IMG/VR virus record: IMGVR_UViG_3300010401_000014
Location: 1-50,978 of that record
Length of the DNA stretch: 50,978 nt
From: a virus
Taxonomy: Duplodnaviria > Caudoviricetes
Direction: 5' to 3' (one strand)
The notes beneath the pieces were generated by a model, which made no database searches, was not told the DNA's origin, and saw nothing but the letters and a program-made list of their open reading frames with translations. Made by a program: the position numbers and the translations under genes. Shown in pieces: positions 20,104 through 30,222 of this stretch. Numbering within the stretch: position 1 is the first letter of the stretch; each line of letters begins with the position of its first letter.

Positions 20104-20573
20104 TACGTAGTACCAAAAACTATGAATTCAAGAATTGTTTCTCTAATCTTTTCGTCTAACTCTGGATTTCTAGTGCCATGCGGGCGAGGAGTAATATTTT
20201 TCCACAATGGAGATTGTTGTATATCACTTCCTGTTCCTCCGCGCTGCACTTCCGCATATGGCAAACTAGATCCAATTGAGAAAGTTTTAGGTGTAATCAC
20301 TGGTTGACCTTCTGTCCATTCTAAAAATAATGCTCTAGTAAGTATCAGTAACGGATGATTAAGATTATCTTTTCTTCTTTCCCAGCTTACTTGACCACCA
20401 GAAGGAGTTTTCCAATAACTACCTAAAAACTCTTGTCTAACTGATTCTTGAGCTTGCTTTGCACCTTTTTTTAATGCTTGAGTTAAATTTTTAGCTCGTT
20501 TGAATCTTTGATCTACTTGCTGTAATATTACACCAGTTTTAAGAAAACGAGTCTGGAACTTAACTACAGACAT
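20103..20573 (-). CDS. Virion morphogenesis / tail completion protein (Mu gpG-like)
   Basis: PSGGQVSW..LILTRAL..IGSSLPYAEVQRGG..ITPRP pattern. Confidence 0.7.
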   Translation of the reverse strand: MSVVKFQTRFLKTGVILQQVDQRFKRAKNLTQALKKGAKQAQESVRQEFLGSYWKTPSGGQVSWERRKDNLNHPLLILTRALFLEWTEGQPVITPKTFSIGSSLPYAEVQRGGTGSDIQQSPLWKNITPRPHGTRNPELDEKIRETILEFIVFGTT

Positions 20574-21025
20574 TAAAATATTCTAGATGTTCTAAATAAC
20601 TGAGTTGTCAATTCATTTTCAACATCACCTACTACTGCAAATGCAGGAGATATTCTACCAGTAAGATATGGAAGTCTATATTTTCCGACAATTAAATCAT
20701 TAAGTCTTGATCTAACTCTATCATAAGATATCTGAATACCAAGTGGAACACCAGAAGATCCCTGAGGAATTAACGCATAAAGAACTAATGCAACTATCCA
20801 TCTTTTTAATAAATCAGTAATATTATCTTGTTGTTCGCTTGTTAGTCCAGATATATCAAGAGGAAGATTATACAACTTACCTATATAAACGTCCATTTCT
20901 CCTGATTGCGCATTAATAGTTTGTTGTATAATTGCATCTATATCACCTGCTGCATACGGAACAAACGTAGCTAACCTATTAGCAGTAATTGCATCTTTAA
21001 CATCGTCTACTACTGCGTAAGGCAT
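20573..21025 (-). CDS. Head-tail adaptor (Mu gp36/DUF1320-like)
   Basis: MPYAVVDDV..EMDVYIGKLYNLPL..YDRVRSRLNDLIVGK. Confidence 0.75.
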   Translation of the reverse strand: MPYAVVDDVKDAITANRLATFVPYAAGDIDAIIQQTINAQSGEMDVYIGKLYNLPLDISGLTSEQQDNITDLLKRWIVALVLYALIPQGSSGVPLGIQISYDRVRSRLNDLIVGKYRLPYLTGRISPAFAVVGDVENELTTQLFRTSRIF

Positions 21026-21030
21026 TTTAT

Positions 21031-21411
21031 CTACTTCTTAACTAGCGCCTGTTTTGGTTTTTCAGAAACATCTACAAATTCAAGCTCTTCTCGTGGAACG
21101 CCTTGTTCCCTTGCAGTCATTACCAAATCTTTTCTATCAGTATCAATATCAAGATCACGTTTCTTTAGAGCTTTCTTAAGTGATTCAGTCGTTGCATTCT
21201 GATAAAAATCAAGCTTTTCAGAAGGAGTTACATCAGAAGCAAACTGCAAAAGATGCTGGTCATGCTTAAGAGTTTTTTCAGAAAGAACTACTGTATCTCC
21301 GCCTTTTGCTCTTTTTCGATCTCCATCTTCATCGACAGTAATAACAGCGCCTTTATAATCCTTCGGAAGGACTACTGTTCTATAGCCGTCTGGAACTTCT
21401 TGTTTTTGCAT
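21031..21411 (-). CDS. Hypothetical head-associated protein
   Basis: 126 aa after capsid gene, AAGGA RBS. Confidence 0.6.
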   Translation of the reverse strand: MQKQEVPDGYRTVVLPKDYKGAVITVDEDGDRKRAKGGDTVVLSEKTLKHDQHLLQFASDVTPSEKLDFYQNATTESLKKALKKRDLDIDTDRKDLVMTAREQGVPREELEFVDVSEKPKQALVKK

Positions 21412-21422
21412 TTATGTTATCC

Positions 21423-22394
21423 TTATACTAATGAAGATGTATTAGTAATAATGAACCCAAGTTTATTGTTAATGATTTTTGGATTTGCGTAATCTTGATA
21501 TGGGAACCACCAGCAAGTTTCTTTCTTCTCAAACCAAGTTTCAAGAGCTACGCCTTTGTTCCACTTAAAGTTAACACCAAAATCAAACTCACCATATTCA
21601 GTATCCCAATCGCCTCCAGAAAGATTACGAACAAATCCAATAGCAATATCATCATATAGTGGAGAAACAACGCCAGTAGAAGAATACTCAATCATATTAG
21701 CAGTAAGAACTTCGCGAATTCCCCAATAACGAGTTAGAGCATCGCGATTTGGAGTATCAGTATCGAAATTTTGGCGAGCACCTAAGAAAGTAGGATCTGA
21801 TAGTGCTGCATTTAGCGAAGATTCTGGAAGATAAACACTGACATCTTCAATTGACACTCCGGAATCAGCAGCAACCTCGGCAGCCATTCCTCGAATATCA
21901 GCACGAGAATCGCCGCCTGCTGCATCCCATTCAGAACCCGCACCAATTGCAAGACGATGAGTAACTGGATAATTAGTGACAGTAGAAAATAGATTACGAA
22001 TAATACGTTCAATATTCATGTCAACTTTAAACTTAGCCTGGAAAGCAAGAAGCTCGCGAAGTCTTAGACTCGGATGAGCATTCTTAATTTCATCTTCATC
22101 GCGCTTTAATGCGTGAGTAAAACGACGAAGCTTTCCAACTTGCTGTTCAAACTCAACATCCGAGGTAGTAATTTCAGCGCGCATCGCACGTTCAGTATCA
22201 ATATCTTCCCAAGCTTCAAAACCATATTGATTATACTGGAACGTCCAAGTATCTACTTCAATATTTCTAACTAAAAATGAGCTTGGTCTAGTTTTTCGAT
22301 ATGGAGCACCAACTACCAGTTTAGTAATAACTGGATCTACTCCACCTTGAACGTTGTGCATTGGATCTGCTAAATCGTAAATAGAACCTTGCAT
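21423..22394 (-). CDS. Major capsid protein
   Basis: 323 aa after protease and cement genes; VDPVITKL..DTERAMRAE..ERIIRNL pattern of lambda-E/Mu-like capsids. Confidence 0.8.
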   Translation of the reverse strand: MQGSIYDLADPMHNVQGGVDPVITKLVVGAPYRKTRPSSFLVRNIEVDTWTFQYNQYGFEAWEDIDTERAMRAEITTSDVEFEQQVGKLRRFTHALKRDEDEIKNAHPSLRLRELLAFQAKFKVDMNIERIIRNLFSTVTNYPVTHRLAIGAGSEWDAAGGDSRADIRGMAAEVAADSGVSIEDVSVYLPESSLNAALSDPTFLGARQNFDTDTPNRDALTRYWGIREVLTANMIEYSSTGVVSPLYDDIAIGFVRNLSGGDWDTEYGEFDFGVNFKWNKGVALETWFEKKETCWWFPYQDYANPKIINNKLGFIITNTSSLV

Positions 22395-22425
22395 CTTTTT
22401 TATACTCCAGAATTTAATTTCACAA

Positions 22426-22794
22426 TTAAGGCTTAATGTACTTACCGCGATAAATCCTAAATTCGATCACGTCACCATCTGCCAATGCGGCCTGCAATGC
22501 TTTTCCTAAAACATGCTCACCGGCTGCTGCGACTTGACCCTTGCCATTTGCCGCTGCTGAAATTTCATCGTTCAATGCTACAGCTTCTGATACTTGCAAT
22601 TTAACATCGCCATCTTGATGAACTGTTCCGACGTCACCATTTACAGTATCAAATTTCAATACGCCCATGCATTTTTCACCAGCACCAGCATAAACCATTC
22701 CTTTTGCAGCTACGCCTTCTTTAACAAAACGATTAGCAAGAAGGTCCGCTTCTGCACGAGCAGTAAATGGAAAATGTTCTCTGTTTCCTTGCAT
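22426..22794 (-). CDS. Capsid cement/decoration protein (DUF2190-like)
   Basis: Ala/Gly-rich ADLLANRFV..G.ALQAALADGDVI. Confidence 0.75.
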   Translation of the reverse strand: MQGNREHFPFTARAEADLLANRFVKEGVAAKGMVYAGAGEKCMGVLKFDTVNGDVGTVHQDGDVKLQVSEAVALNDEISAAANGKGQVAAAGEHVLGKALQAALADGDVIEFRIYRGKYIKP

Positions 22795-22811
22795 TTTATA
22801 AATTTCCTATA

Positions 22812-24095
22812 CTACTTAACGTCAGCTTCTTTTTCTGGAACAACTGGCTTAGGCGGTACTCTCTCGCCAGCTTGAGCATAAACACGCTTCCTAAAATCAT
22901 CGTAAGATTCACCTTCAACGTTCAATGAATCAAATGCGGCAATCGCAGACGGATGAGGAATTTTATGTCCATTATCCTTTGTAGGAACAGTAAAATCTTT
23001 ATCCAAAACACAGCTCTTGGTTGAACCGTCACCCTTGGTAACTTCTACTGAAAGAACTCCATTTGCAATCTTATTACGTGATTCTAGTCCTTTTACGTAT
23101 TCTTCACCAGATTCTTCATCAAGTTTATTTACAATCTTTACAGCAGAATCACGTTCTACTGGAGTAACCTTTCCAGCAGAAACGCATGCATTAACACGAT
23201 TGACAAGTAGCTTACGTTTATCTTCTACAGTAGAAAGTCCCTGCTTTTCCTTGTATTCTTTAAGCTCTTTTTCAGCAGTTTCTGCGCGAGTCTTTAGTCC
23301 AGTAATTTCAGTAGTAAGTGGTTCTACAGCGGCTTTAATACCGCCATCTAACATAGCTTTAATTTCTTCTTTTGTCATTTCATCCTCTGTATCTTTTTTA
23401 TCTTCTTTATCTTTATTCACAGTTGTAGGTTTATCTTCACGATTAACTAGATTTTGAATAAATACTGGTACTGCATTAAAGCTACCATATCTATCACCAG
23501 CAAATGCTGCAACTTCGACTTCTTCGCTTAATTCATCAGCAAATCCTTTTTCAATAGCTTCGTCAGCCGTTAACCATGTTTCCTCCTTTACGAGATTTTG
23601 TATTTCTTCCCTTTTAATTTTAGCTCTGGATGCATACGTATCAACAATGTTATTTTCAATCTTATCAAGTAAGTTAGCTTGATTTCTTAATTCATCAGAC
23701 TTTCCAAAAAATAAACCTTTTGGCTGATGCATCATCATAAATGCATTTTTAGCCATAACAACTGAATCACCTGCCATTGCAATAACACTAGCAATACTCG
23801 CAGCAATACCATCAATCTTTACATTAATCTTTGCAGAATGAGAATTAAGCATTTCATAAATAGCAAAACCTTCAAAAACCTTACCACCATTTGAATTTAT
23901 GAACACGTCGATTTCATCGACATTACCGATTTCTTTAAGTTGATTTCTAAAATCCTTTGCAGTTAAACCAAAGAAAAAGAAACCACCACCAATATCATCA
24001 TAAATATCAATCTTAGCTTTCTTATCACCTTTATTTTCAATCTTGAACCAGGGTGGACAGGCTTTGTTCTTAATTTTATTTAGGAATTCTGACAT
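22812..24095 (-). CDS. ClpP-type prohead protease fused to scaffold
   Basis: INSNGGKVFEG, DGIAASIAS, MMHQP, ETWLTADEAIEKGFAD; coiled-coil C-terminus; probable ATG at 24095. Confidence 0.92.
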   Translation of the reverse strand: MSEFLNKIKNKACPPWFKIENKGDKKAKIDIYDDIGGGFFFFGLTAKDFRNQLKEIGNVDEIDVFINSNGGKVFEGFAIYEMLNSHSAKINVKIDGIAASIASVIAMAGDSVVMAKNAFMMMHQPKGLFFGKSDELRNQANLLDKIENNIVDTYASRAKIKREEIQNLVKEETWLTADEAIEKGFADELSEEVEVAAFAGDRYGSFNAVPVFIQNLVNREDKPTTVNKDKEDKKDTEDEMTKEEIKAMLDGGIKAAVEPLTTEITGLKTRAETAEKELKEYKEKQGLSTVEDKRKLLVNRVNACVSAGKVTPVERDSAVKIVNKLDEESGEEYVKGLESRNKIANGVLSVEVTKGDGSTKSCVLDKDFTVPTKDNGHKIPHPSAIAAFDSLNVEGESYDDFRKRVYAQAGERVPPKPVVPEKEADVK

Positions 24096-24255
24096 CTTCT
24101 TCAACCTCTGTATTAGTGCTTACAGTATGTTGAGAAATAGCAAGTCCAAGCTTTTCATCTAATTTCTTTTCTAATTCAGCCTGTAATTCAGCTCTAAGAA
24201 TAGCTCTCAATCTTTCTTTTTCTTTCTGACTAATTAACTTGCTAAGCCATCCCAT
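24076..24255 (-). CDS. 59-aa helical protein not in the ORF track
   Basis: MGWLSKLISQKEKERLRAIL...VRIPK*; AGGAG RBS; fills the portal-protease gap. Confidence 0.6.
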   Translation of the reverse strand: MGWLSKLISQKEKERLRAILRAELQAELEKKLDEKLGLAISQHTVSTNTEVEEDVRIPK

Positions 24256-25623
24256 TTAATTACTCCTTCTAGTTTGTTCATCTTGCTTTTGAACTTGCTT
24301 TTTAGGATTGGATCCAGGGTTTTCTCTATTAGGTCCAGTTGTCTTTGTAGGTTTAACTAACTTTAAAATATTAGTAGTATCTTCATCTGCAAGTGGAAGG
24401 TAGAACCTTCTTGCAATTTCATCAGCATCTAATTTCATTCCCATATTATATGCAGTTTTAACATCTGCCAGTGTTAAAGGGATTCTACAATGTGAAATCT
24501 GTTTTGGTGCATCGTCTGGATCAATCTCGCCGAAGTTGTATTCTAGAACTGGCAATATAAAATTATCATTCCATTCGCTATCAAACCATCCACCATCAAC
24601 CATTGCCGTCTTATTACCAGATTCAGCATGCATTACTGACTGCGCTCTAGATCCAAATTTTCCTTCCTGGAAAGAAAGAATCTCAGAAGCAACAATTAAA
24701 GTAATTTGCTTGTCAACATAATCAAGAGCTTTAATCCAGCCATCAGCAAAACTAACATTGTTTAGAAAATCAAGAGTCCATCCAGCTTTTTCAACAAGAA
24801 TATTACTAGAATTAAGAACCTCGATAATTTCTGTTATATCTCTAACAACAGAAGAAAAAACTTCTTGCGCGTTTGCAGCTTCTTCCGTAGCTCTAGAAGC
24901 GGCTGGAGCAACCATTCCGCCAAACCCTGTCTGCTTAGCCTTTACCATTCCAAGGCTACGCTGCATTCCCTGAGAAAACATTTCAAAGAATTTAGACTTA
25001 GCAAAATAAATCAAAAATACTGACTGATATATTCCGACACCTTGAGGAATATCTAAGCTGCCATAAGAAGGAATAAACCATTTAAGTCTTGCAATCTCAT
25101 TTTCAAAGATTACATATTCACGCTTTTGTCTATCAAAATAAGCAAGATCTCGCTGTTCTGTAAATCTAAAATTCTCTTGATTTTTCTCTTTTGGGCTAAT
25201 AGGAGCTAAATATGGCTTTGATCTAAACGAGATTTCTGAAAAAGTATTCTCAAAAGGTCTAAATCCTTGATACATCGCATCAAGTGATCTAATTCTAAAT
25301 GTCTGTAATTTTTTAATTCTCTTGAACCAATTTATAGTAAACTCATGAAGAGTCTTAGAACCTCTTGATTTACTTGATCCTTTTCTAATAGAAAAACCTG
25401 GATTAAGAAGATTGTTATCTCTATTTTGACGTCCAGCTTTAACTGCTGAATCGTTTCTTTCCATTATACGATAAGCACGTTCATCATTATTGGCAATATA
25501 AAGAAGAACTGGATCTGGATTTCCCATTATTCCTCTATTGCCAAAACTTCTTGTAATTCCAGAACTAAAAGGAATTAGCTCTTTTTGTAAGAACTTACGT
25601 TCGCTCCGGGCGGGAAGTGCCAT
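24256..25623 (-). CDS. Portal protein (DUF935, Mu gp29-like)
   Basis: Follows TerL; LDAMYQGF..E, PQGVGI, YVDKQIT.I, GSRAQS.MH; probable start MALPARSE. Confidence 0.8.
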   Translation of the reverse strand: MALPARSERKFLQKELIPFSSGITRSFGNRGIMGNPDPVLLYIANNDERAYRIMERNDSAVKAGRQNRDNNLLNPGFSIRKGSSKSRGSKTLHEFTINWFKRIKKLQTFRIRSLDAMYQGFRPFENTFSEISFRSKPYLAPISPKEKNQENFRFTEQRDLAYFDRQKREYVIFENEIARLKWFIPSYGSLDIPQGVGIYQSVFLIYFAKSKFFEMFSQGMQRSLGMVKAKQTGFGGMVAPAASRATEEAANAQEVFSSVVRDITEIIEVLNSSNILVEKAGWTLDFLNNVSFADGWIKALDYVDKQITLIVASEILSFQEGKFGSRAQSVMHAESGNKTAMVDGGWFDSEWNDNFILPVLEYNFGEIDPDDAPKQISHCRIPLTLADVKTAYNMGMKLDADEIARRFYLPLADEDTTNILKLVKPTKTTGPNRENPGSNPKKQVQKQDEQTRRSN

Positions 25624-25633
25624 AGCGGAATTC

Positions 25634-27289
25634 CTAGCACACAGTCCGAGCAATACCTAGCGTTTTTGACAAAGTATTTCCACCCAACGATAAAGAACTC
25701 TTTTTTAATTCTGACAAATCTTCATTCTGAGGCTTTAGCAAATATCTAACTACACCACCAACTAAATACAAAAGAGCATTTGCTGGATGTGAATAACCAT
25801 CCTTTTTTGGGGCTATCCATGCTTTATCAATATTGTCTATCGGAATCCCTTCTGGAATATTATATCTCCATTGCTCAATAGCCTCCCACGTTAATCTGCA
25901 TCTTTCATGTATTCTAAGCTTTCTAGAATCAAGAAAATTCTGTACTAACTTAACATTTGTATCAATACCAACTTGAGTATTAAACACCGATTGCTCACAT
26001 TGTGTTATTGGTATTCCACAGTTAGCAAGATTGTCAATCCATGATGATTGATCTGATTCTCTATTCTTTCCAGCAGGATCGCCGAAATGTATTCTAAAAG
26101 AACTTCCATATTGCGAAAGTCTTAAATTTGCATCGGTCGCAACAGTATCATATCCTGCTGACTTCCATGCTAACTCATCATCTAACCAAATACAAGGAAT
26201 AGGATCATTTGGAAAATATTGTAATATAGAAAATAAACAACAAGTTAAAGATGGACCACTACCAAAATCCCAACCACCTACATGTGGCCACAATCTCCTA
26301 GCTTCATCTTTAATAATCAACCATTCAGAATCGGTTTCACCATAAGAAGATGCATCGCGTTGTGACTTAAAAATCTTACCTACACGTATAGCAGAAAATG
26401 AAGCTCCATGCTCTTGTTCAAACTCATCTTCTGTAAGCGTAAGAAGTTTGTTATCTTTCCATGCTTTATCTCTATATGGATTAGCTTCCCATTTAATCTC
26501 AAATGTATATTCTTGAGGAAATGATGAATACAAGAAATAAAATTTATTACCCTTTCCATTTGGAGAGCTAGGAAGCCATGCACATTTTGTAACTGAATCA
26601 ATAGATTTCCAAATAGAATCTGCAATAGCAGGAAGATTGTGCGCATACTCATCTAACATTACAACTGTTTTTCTTCCACCTCGACCAAATCCAGTATTTG
26701 TAGCTTCACCAATAATTTCAGAATTATTACGGTTATTTATGATCTGTAGATAAATATCCTTAATGTTCTTTTCTTTTAGATGCGGCGGTTGCTTGTCCAA
26801 GATAAATCTAAGCTTTCCAAACAAAGAATCCATAGTAGAATCATCAACCAATGATTCTTTTCTAGACCCAAGCTTTGCAGAAAATAGCTTAGAAAATCTC
26901 CAAGCATGGAATATACGATAAAGCATTAACCACGAAATACCTAATTCTCTTCCTTTATTACAAAGAACTGGATGCCCTAATTTTAAAGATTTATTCAATA
27001 ACTCAAGAAGTGCAATCTGCTGATTAAACATTACAAATGGAAATTCTCTAATAGATTCTTTATCCTCTTGCGGATTAGCTAGCCATCCATAATTCTCAAT
27101 CCAATATTGAGGATTTTCTTTACAAGCTTGGTAATCTGCGTTTAGTACATTTTTTCTAAGTTGTGGATCATGTATCGTATACATTTTTCGTAGACGTCTA
27201 GCTCTACGAATTAATTCTAATTTATTCCAATCTTCAAACGATCTAACTTCAGGTAAATGTCGAACGGGTTCAGATAAATTTAGCATCAT
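25634..27289 (-). CDS. terL: Terminase large subunit
   Basis: KGRELGISW (Walker A), VMLDEYA (Walker B), SSPNG, GWDFG, GDPAG. Confidence 0.92.
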   Translation of the reverse strand: MMLNLSEPVRHLPEVRSFEDWNKLELIRRARRLRKMYTIHDPQLRKNVLNADYQACKENPQYWIENYGWLANPQEDKESIREFPFVMFNQQIALLELLNKSLKLGHPVLCNKGRELGISWLMLYRIFHAWRFSKLFSAKLGSRKESLVDDSTMDSLFGKLRFILDKQPPHLKEKNIKDIYLQIINNRNNSEIIGEATNTGFGRGGRKTVVMLDEYAHNLPAIADSIWKSIDSVTKCAWLPSSPNGKGNKFYFLYSSFPQEYTFEIKWEANPYRDKAWKDNKLLTLTEDEFEQEHGASFSAIRVGKIFKSQRDASSYGETDSEWLIIKDEARRLWPHVGGWDFGSGPSLTCCLFSILQYFPNDPIPCIWLDDELAWKSAGYDTVATDANLRLSQYGSSFRIHFGDPAGKNRESDQSSWIDNLANCGIPITQCEQSVFNTQVGIDTNVKLVQNFLDSRKLRIHERCRLTWEAIEQWRYNIPEGIPIDNIDKAWIAPKKDGYSHPANALLYLVGGVVRYLLKPQNEDLSELKKSSLSLGGNTLSKTLGIARTVC

Positions 27290-27925
27290 CTAATCCCACC
27301 CGTCAATTTCACCGGCAAGAATGTTTGACAATTCTTGAACTTCTTCTTCATCATCTAAATCATCAACATCAGGAACATACTGACCATCACCATTTAAAAA
27401 CATATCAATAACACCCTTTGGATTATCCATAACAGTTGGTGCTGATTCTAAATCAACCTGCTGAGCAGAACCAATTTTCTTCATATCAACACGACGAACA
27501 TCTCCAAATTCCTCTGGATAAGAAACTTTCAACAATTGAATAGCGACTTTACCATCAGGAGGAATTTCCTTAGTTGTAACTGTAGATGATGTTAATTGTT
27601 GTTCTTTAGGCCCATCTGGATTATTTGGATCTATTGGCCTAGTTTCATAATTTTCTCTAACCTCTCTAACTACGGAACCTTTCGTTGCAATCCTATTTAC
27701 AGCTCTAACTAAGTTAACTTTAGACTTAGCTTTGGCGATGGCAAATCTCTCTAAAACTTCTGGTATTTTTCTATATCTAGCTAACTTTTTTGATTTTGGA
27801 TTAATGCCTGCTGCGATTGAAGCTTCTGCTTCTGTAGCACCTTCCTCTAATGCTTTTTCTATGGTATCAATAATACCGCTTGCTAAAAGCTGTTGTCGAG
27901 TTAAAAGACTAGACATATTAACCAT
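27290..27925 (-). CDS. Terminase small subunit (putative)
   Basis: Directly upstream of TerL; N-terminal HTH-like GATEAEASIAAGI; PPDGKVAIQLLK..PEEFG. Confidence 0.7.
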   Translation of the reverse strand: MVNMSSLLTRQQLLASGIIDTIEKALEEGATEAEASIAAGINPKSKKLARYRKIPEVLERFAIAKAKSKVNLVRAVNRIATKGSVVREVRENYETRPIDPNNPDGPKEQQLTSSTVTTKEIPPDGKVAIQLLKVSYPEEFGDVRRVDMKKIGSAQQVDLESAPTVMDNPKGVIDMFLNGDGQYVPDVDDLDDEEEVQELSNILAGEIDGWD

Positions 27926-28337
27926 CCTTCATCATATCTGATAAAGTCTTAGCTCTTTGTCCGACCTGTTTTGCCCATAAACTATCAAGCATTGCAATAG
28001 CAGCAAGTTTATACTTTCCATTTCTGATTAGATTAAGAGTATTCTTAAATTCTAGCAATCTAGATATACCAAGATTAAAACACATATCAAGTAAAACTAA
28101 TCTACGATTTTGAGATAAACCTCTCCACCACGAAAGCGAATTATCTAAATCTCTCTCGCATGAGTCAATATCATTATTCAGTAAGTATAAGGCTTCTTCC
28201 TTTGTAATACCTCTATCTCTAACATTTCTACCAATGCCAATTGTGGGTATTCCCTTACTATCAGGATATACTTTAAGTTTTAATCCTTCGTTCTGGATTA
28301 ACTGATTTGTAATTAACTCTCTATCAACTTGTTCCAT
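27918..28337 (-). CDS. GH24 (T4-like) lysozyme / endolysin
   Basis: NEGLKLKVYPDSKGIPTIGIG (E-x8-D-x5-T), DMCFNLG, MLDSLWAKQVGQRA; probable start MEQVDRE. Confidence 0.92.
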   Translation of the reverse strand: MEQVDRELITNQLIQNEGLKLKVYPDSKGIPTIGIGRNVRDRGITKEEALYLLNNDIDSCERDLDNSLSWWRGLSQNRRLVLLDMCFNLGISRLLEFKNTLNLIRNGKYKLAAIAMLDSLWAKQVGQRAKTLSDMMKDG

Positions 28338-28702
28338 TTTTAAACTCACTATTTTTAGGTAATTTTGCCCAAAACTGGCGATACACGTTATAGATTCAGA
28401 ATTCTGAGAAGAAGGGATTATGGATATTACAAGCAATCTATATAGCTATAATCTGGAATATAATCTGTATAATCTTGCAAGTAAGATGTCTCTCCTAGTG
28501 AGTGGTTCTTCCTGGGTTCTGTATGTAAGATATATCTTATATTAGTGATTACTCTAGGTTCAAGATTAATATAGGATTCATATATATGGAATCCTCTTAT
28601 CTTGTACATCTTCTCTTGTCTTATATATCTTCTCTTCTCTTAAGAGGTGATCCATAATTGATTAATGGCTCAGCGGTGCGGCCGCAGGTTAGGTCTGAGA
28701 TC

Positions 28703-28732
28703 TTGACATTACGGCCGTTCCCATGCTAACAT
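28703..28732 (+). promoter_or_regulatory. Sigma70 promoter
   Basis: TTGACA-18-TAACAT with extended TG; ATG at 28742 implies a near-leaderless mRNA. Confidence 0.7.
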
Positions 28733-28741
28733 ATCTTCATT

Positions 28742-29053
28742 ATGGCAAAACAAGAAATTGATGAAAACGTAGAAATCGGTCCAGTAAAACTTCTCTACTT
28801 CGCACTATCTACAAAAATCTTAGCATCTAACGATCACGTAGATATTCTTCCACTTTTTGGGAATGTTAGACAGCTTGGTTTTACTAATAATAAAGATTCA
28901 GAAAATCAGGTTTTCTTTAGAGTACCACCCGACTGGATTGAACAATTAAACGACGATAGCAAAAGAGACACATTCTACTTTGTTAGAATTAAGAGTAGCG
29001 AGGTTGATAATCTAAAAAGATTAATGGAAACTGCGGTGTACGAGAAAGATTGA
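28742..29053 (+). CDS. Hypothetical protein
   Basis: 103-aa ORF after promoter. Confidence 0.65.
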   Translation: MAKQEIDENVEIGPVKLLYFALSTKILASNDHVDILPLFGNVRQLGFTNNKDSENQVFFRVPPDWIEQLNDDSKRDTFYFVRIKSSEVDNLKRLMETAVYEKD

Positions 29054-29388
29054 TAAATACAATAGACTTTCCAGTTAAGATATCTATAATGCAAGCATTG
29101 TTTTACGGACCAATGTATGCTAAAGGTATATCTGAATGGATTGAAAAAAGAACTAATGCTTTAGTAATGATGCAAAGTAAGGAGGTAACATACCATCTAA
29201 AAAGACTAGAAAAAGAAGGAATGATTGAATTTAAAGGCGAGAAGAAAGAAGAAGGAAGAACAAGAGGAACCGAAAGAAGGTACTACAGAATTACTGACAA
29301 AGGAAGGATATCTATTATAGCATTACGTGAAGCTCTAAAAATGGTATTTTCTCAACCACCTGATGAAGTAATGGAGAATTACAAATAA
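29050..29388 (+). CDS. PadR-family winged-helix regulator
   Basis: GPMYAKGI..HLKRLEKEGMI..RRYYRITDKG. Confidence 0.85.
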   Translation: MINTIDFPVKISIMQALFYGPMYAKGISEWIEKRTNALVMMQSKEVTYHLKRLEKEGMIEFKGEKKEEGRTRGTERRYYRITDKGRISIIALREALKMVFSQPPDEVMENYK

Positions 29389-29738
29389 TGTCATTTTCTG
29401 AGATGATAGAAGAAAATTTACCAGAAAATTATGTTCAAGGATTAAGAGCTATAGCATACGAAGGTGCCGACAATCTTTACCCACTTAAAGAGGTAGATTA
29501 TCGCTACTGTGAAGATCAAAAATACTCTTCTATCCATATAGATGATATCAGATTAGGAGAGAATGAAACTCATATAGCTGAATGTTTGTGGATATGTTGG
29601 TATAAATCAAGAGCTTATACAGATGCAATCTGGCTACTTTCTACACACTCTGTTCCAAGACTTCCAACATTAGAAGAGTGTAAAGCAATACTTACATGGT
29701 TTAAAAATAAGTATCCATTCCTCAGAATTGAGATTTAA
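29388..29738 (+). CDS. Hypothetical protein
   Basis: Coupled stop/start with PadR gene. Confidence 0.6.
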   Translation: MSFSEMIEENLPENYVQGLRAIAYEGADNLYPLKEVDYRYCEDQKYSSIHIDDIRLGENETHIAECLWICWYKSRAYTDAIWLLSTHSVPRLPTLEECKAILTWFKNKYPFLRIEI

Positions 29739-29740
29739 TA

Positions 29741-29896
29741 ATGAGTAAAACGTATTACACTGGGAGATTGACAGTAAACGAATTCTGTAAAATGGTAATA
29801 ACTGTCGTTGGTACATTTTGGCTTATTGCTGTTATTACTTGTTTTGGATTTGCCATGTGTACGGGATTTCTTACATGGGCTGGCGTACTTAAATGA
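29741..29896 (+). CDS. 51-aa membrane protein not in the ORF track
   Basis: MSKTYYTG..MVITVVGTFWLIAVITCFGFAMCTGFLTWAGVLK*; ATGA overlap with next gene. Confidence 0.5.
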   Translation: MSKTYYTGRLTVNEFCKMVITVVGTFWLIAVITCFGFAMCTGFLTWAGVLK

Positions 29897-30222
29897 AAAA
29901 ATTTATTAAAGATGTATTTAGAATAACTCTGTCTTATCTACTAGTAGATTTACTACATCATTCAGTTGAAAATAAAAATAGGTATACATGGATTTATAAA
30001 CGAATCCAGTGTGTAATATTCGGACACTATGCATCACTACAAGAAAAACCAATAGCTTTAAATTTGATTAAACGGAAAGGAGATTTTCTTGCGTTAGCTA
30101 CATTTACTTGCGTTAGGTGCGGATGTATTGAAAAGGAAATTATGCCAGCTAAATTCTGCATAATTCCACTGAGAATTCAAAAACTGTTAGACGAAGAAGA
30201 AGGAACGGAAGGACTAAACTAA
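29893..30222 (+). CDS. Hypothetical Cys/His-containing protein
   Basis: CVIFGH...CVRCG. Confidence 0.6.
   Translation: MKKFIKDVFRITLSYLLVDLLHHSVENKNRYTWIYKRIQCVIFGHYASLQEKPIALNLIKRKGDFLALATFTCVRCGCIEKEIMPAKFCIIPLRIQKLLDEEEGTEGLN

Noticed and set aside
9337-24973. Short plus-strand ORFs within the late module (e.g. 9337, 13256, 17082, 18194, 19484, 23017)
   Set aside because: Antisense shadows of long structural genes with no independent support.
20103-25623. Transposable (Mu-like) phage
   Set aside because: Head and neck genes are Mu-like, but no MuA/MuB, Mor/C or host-DNA ends are seen.
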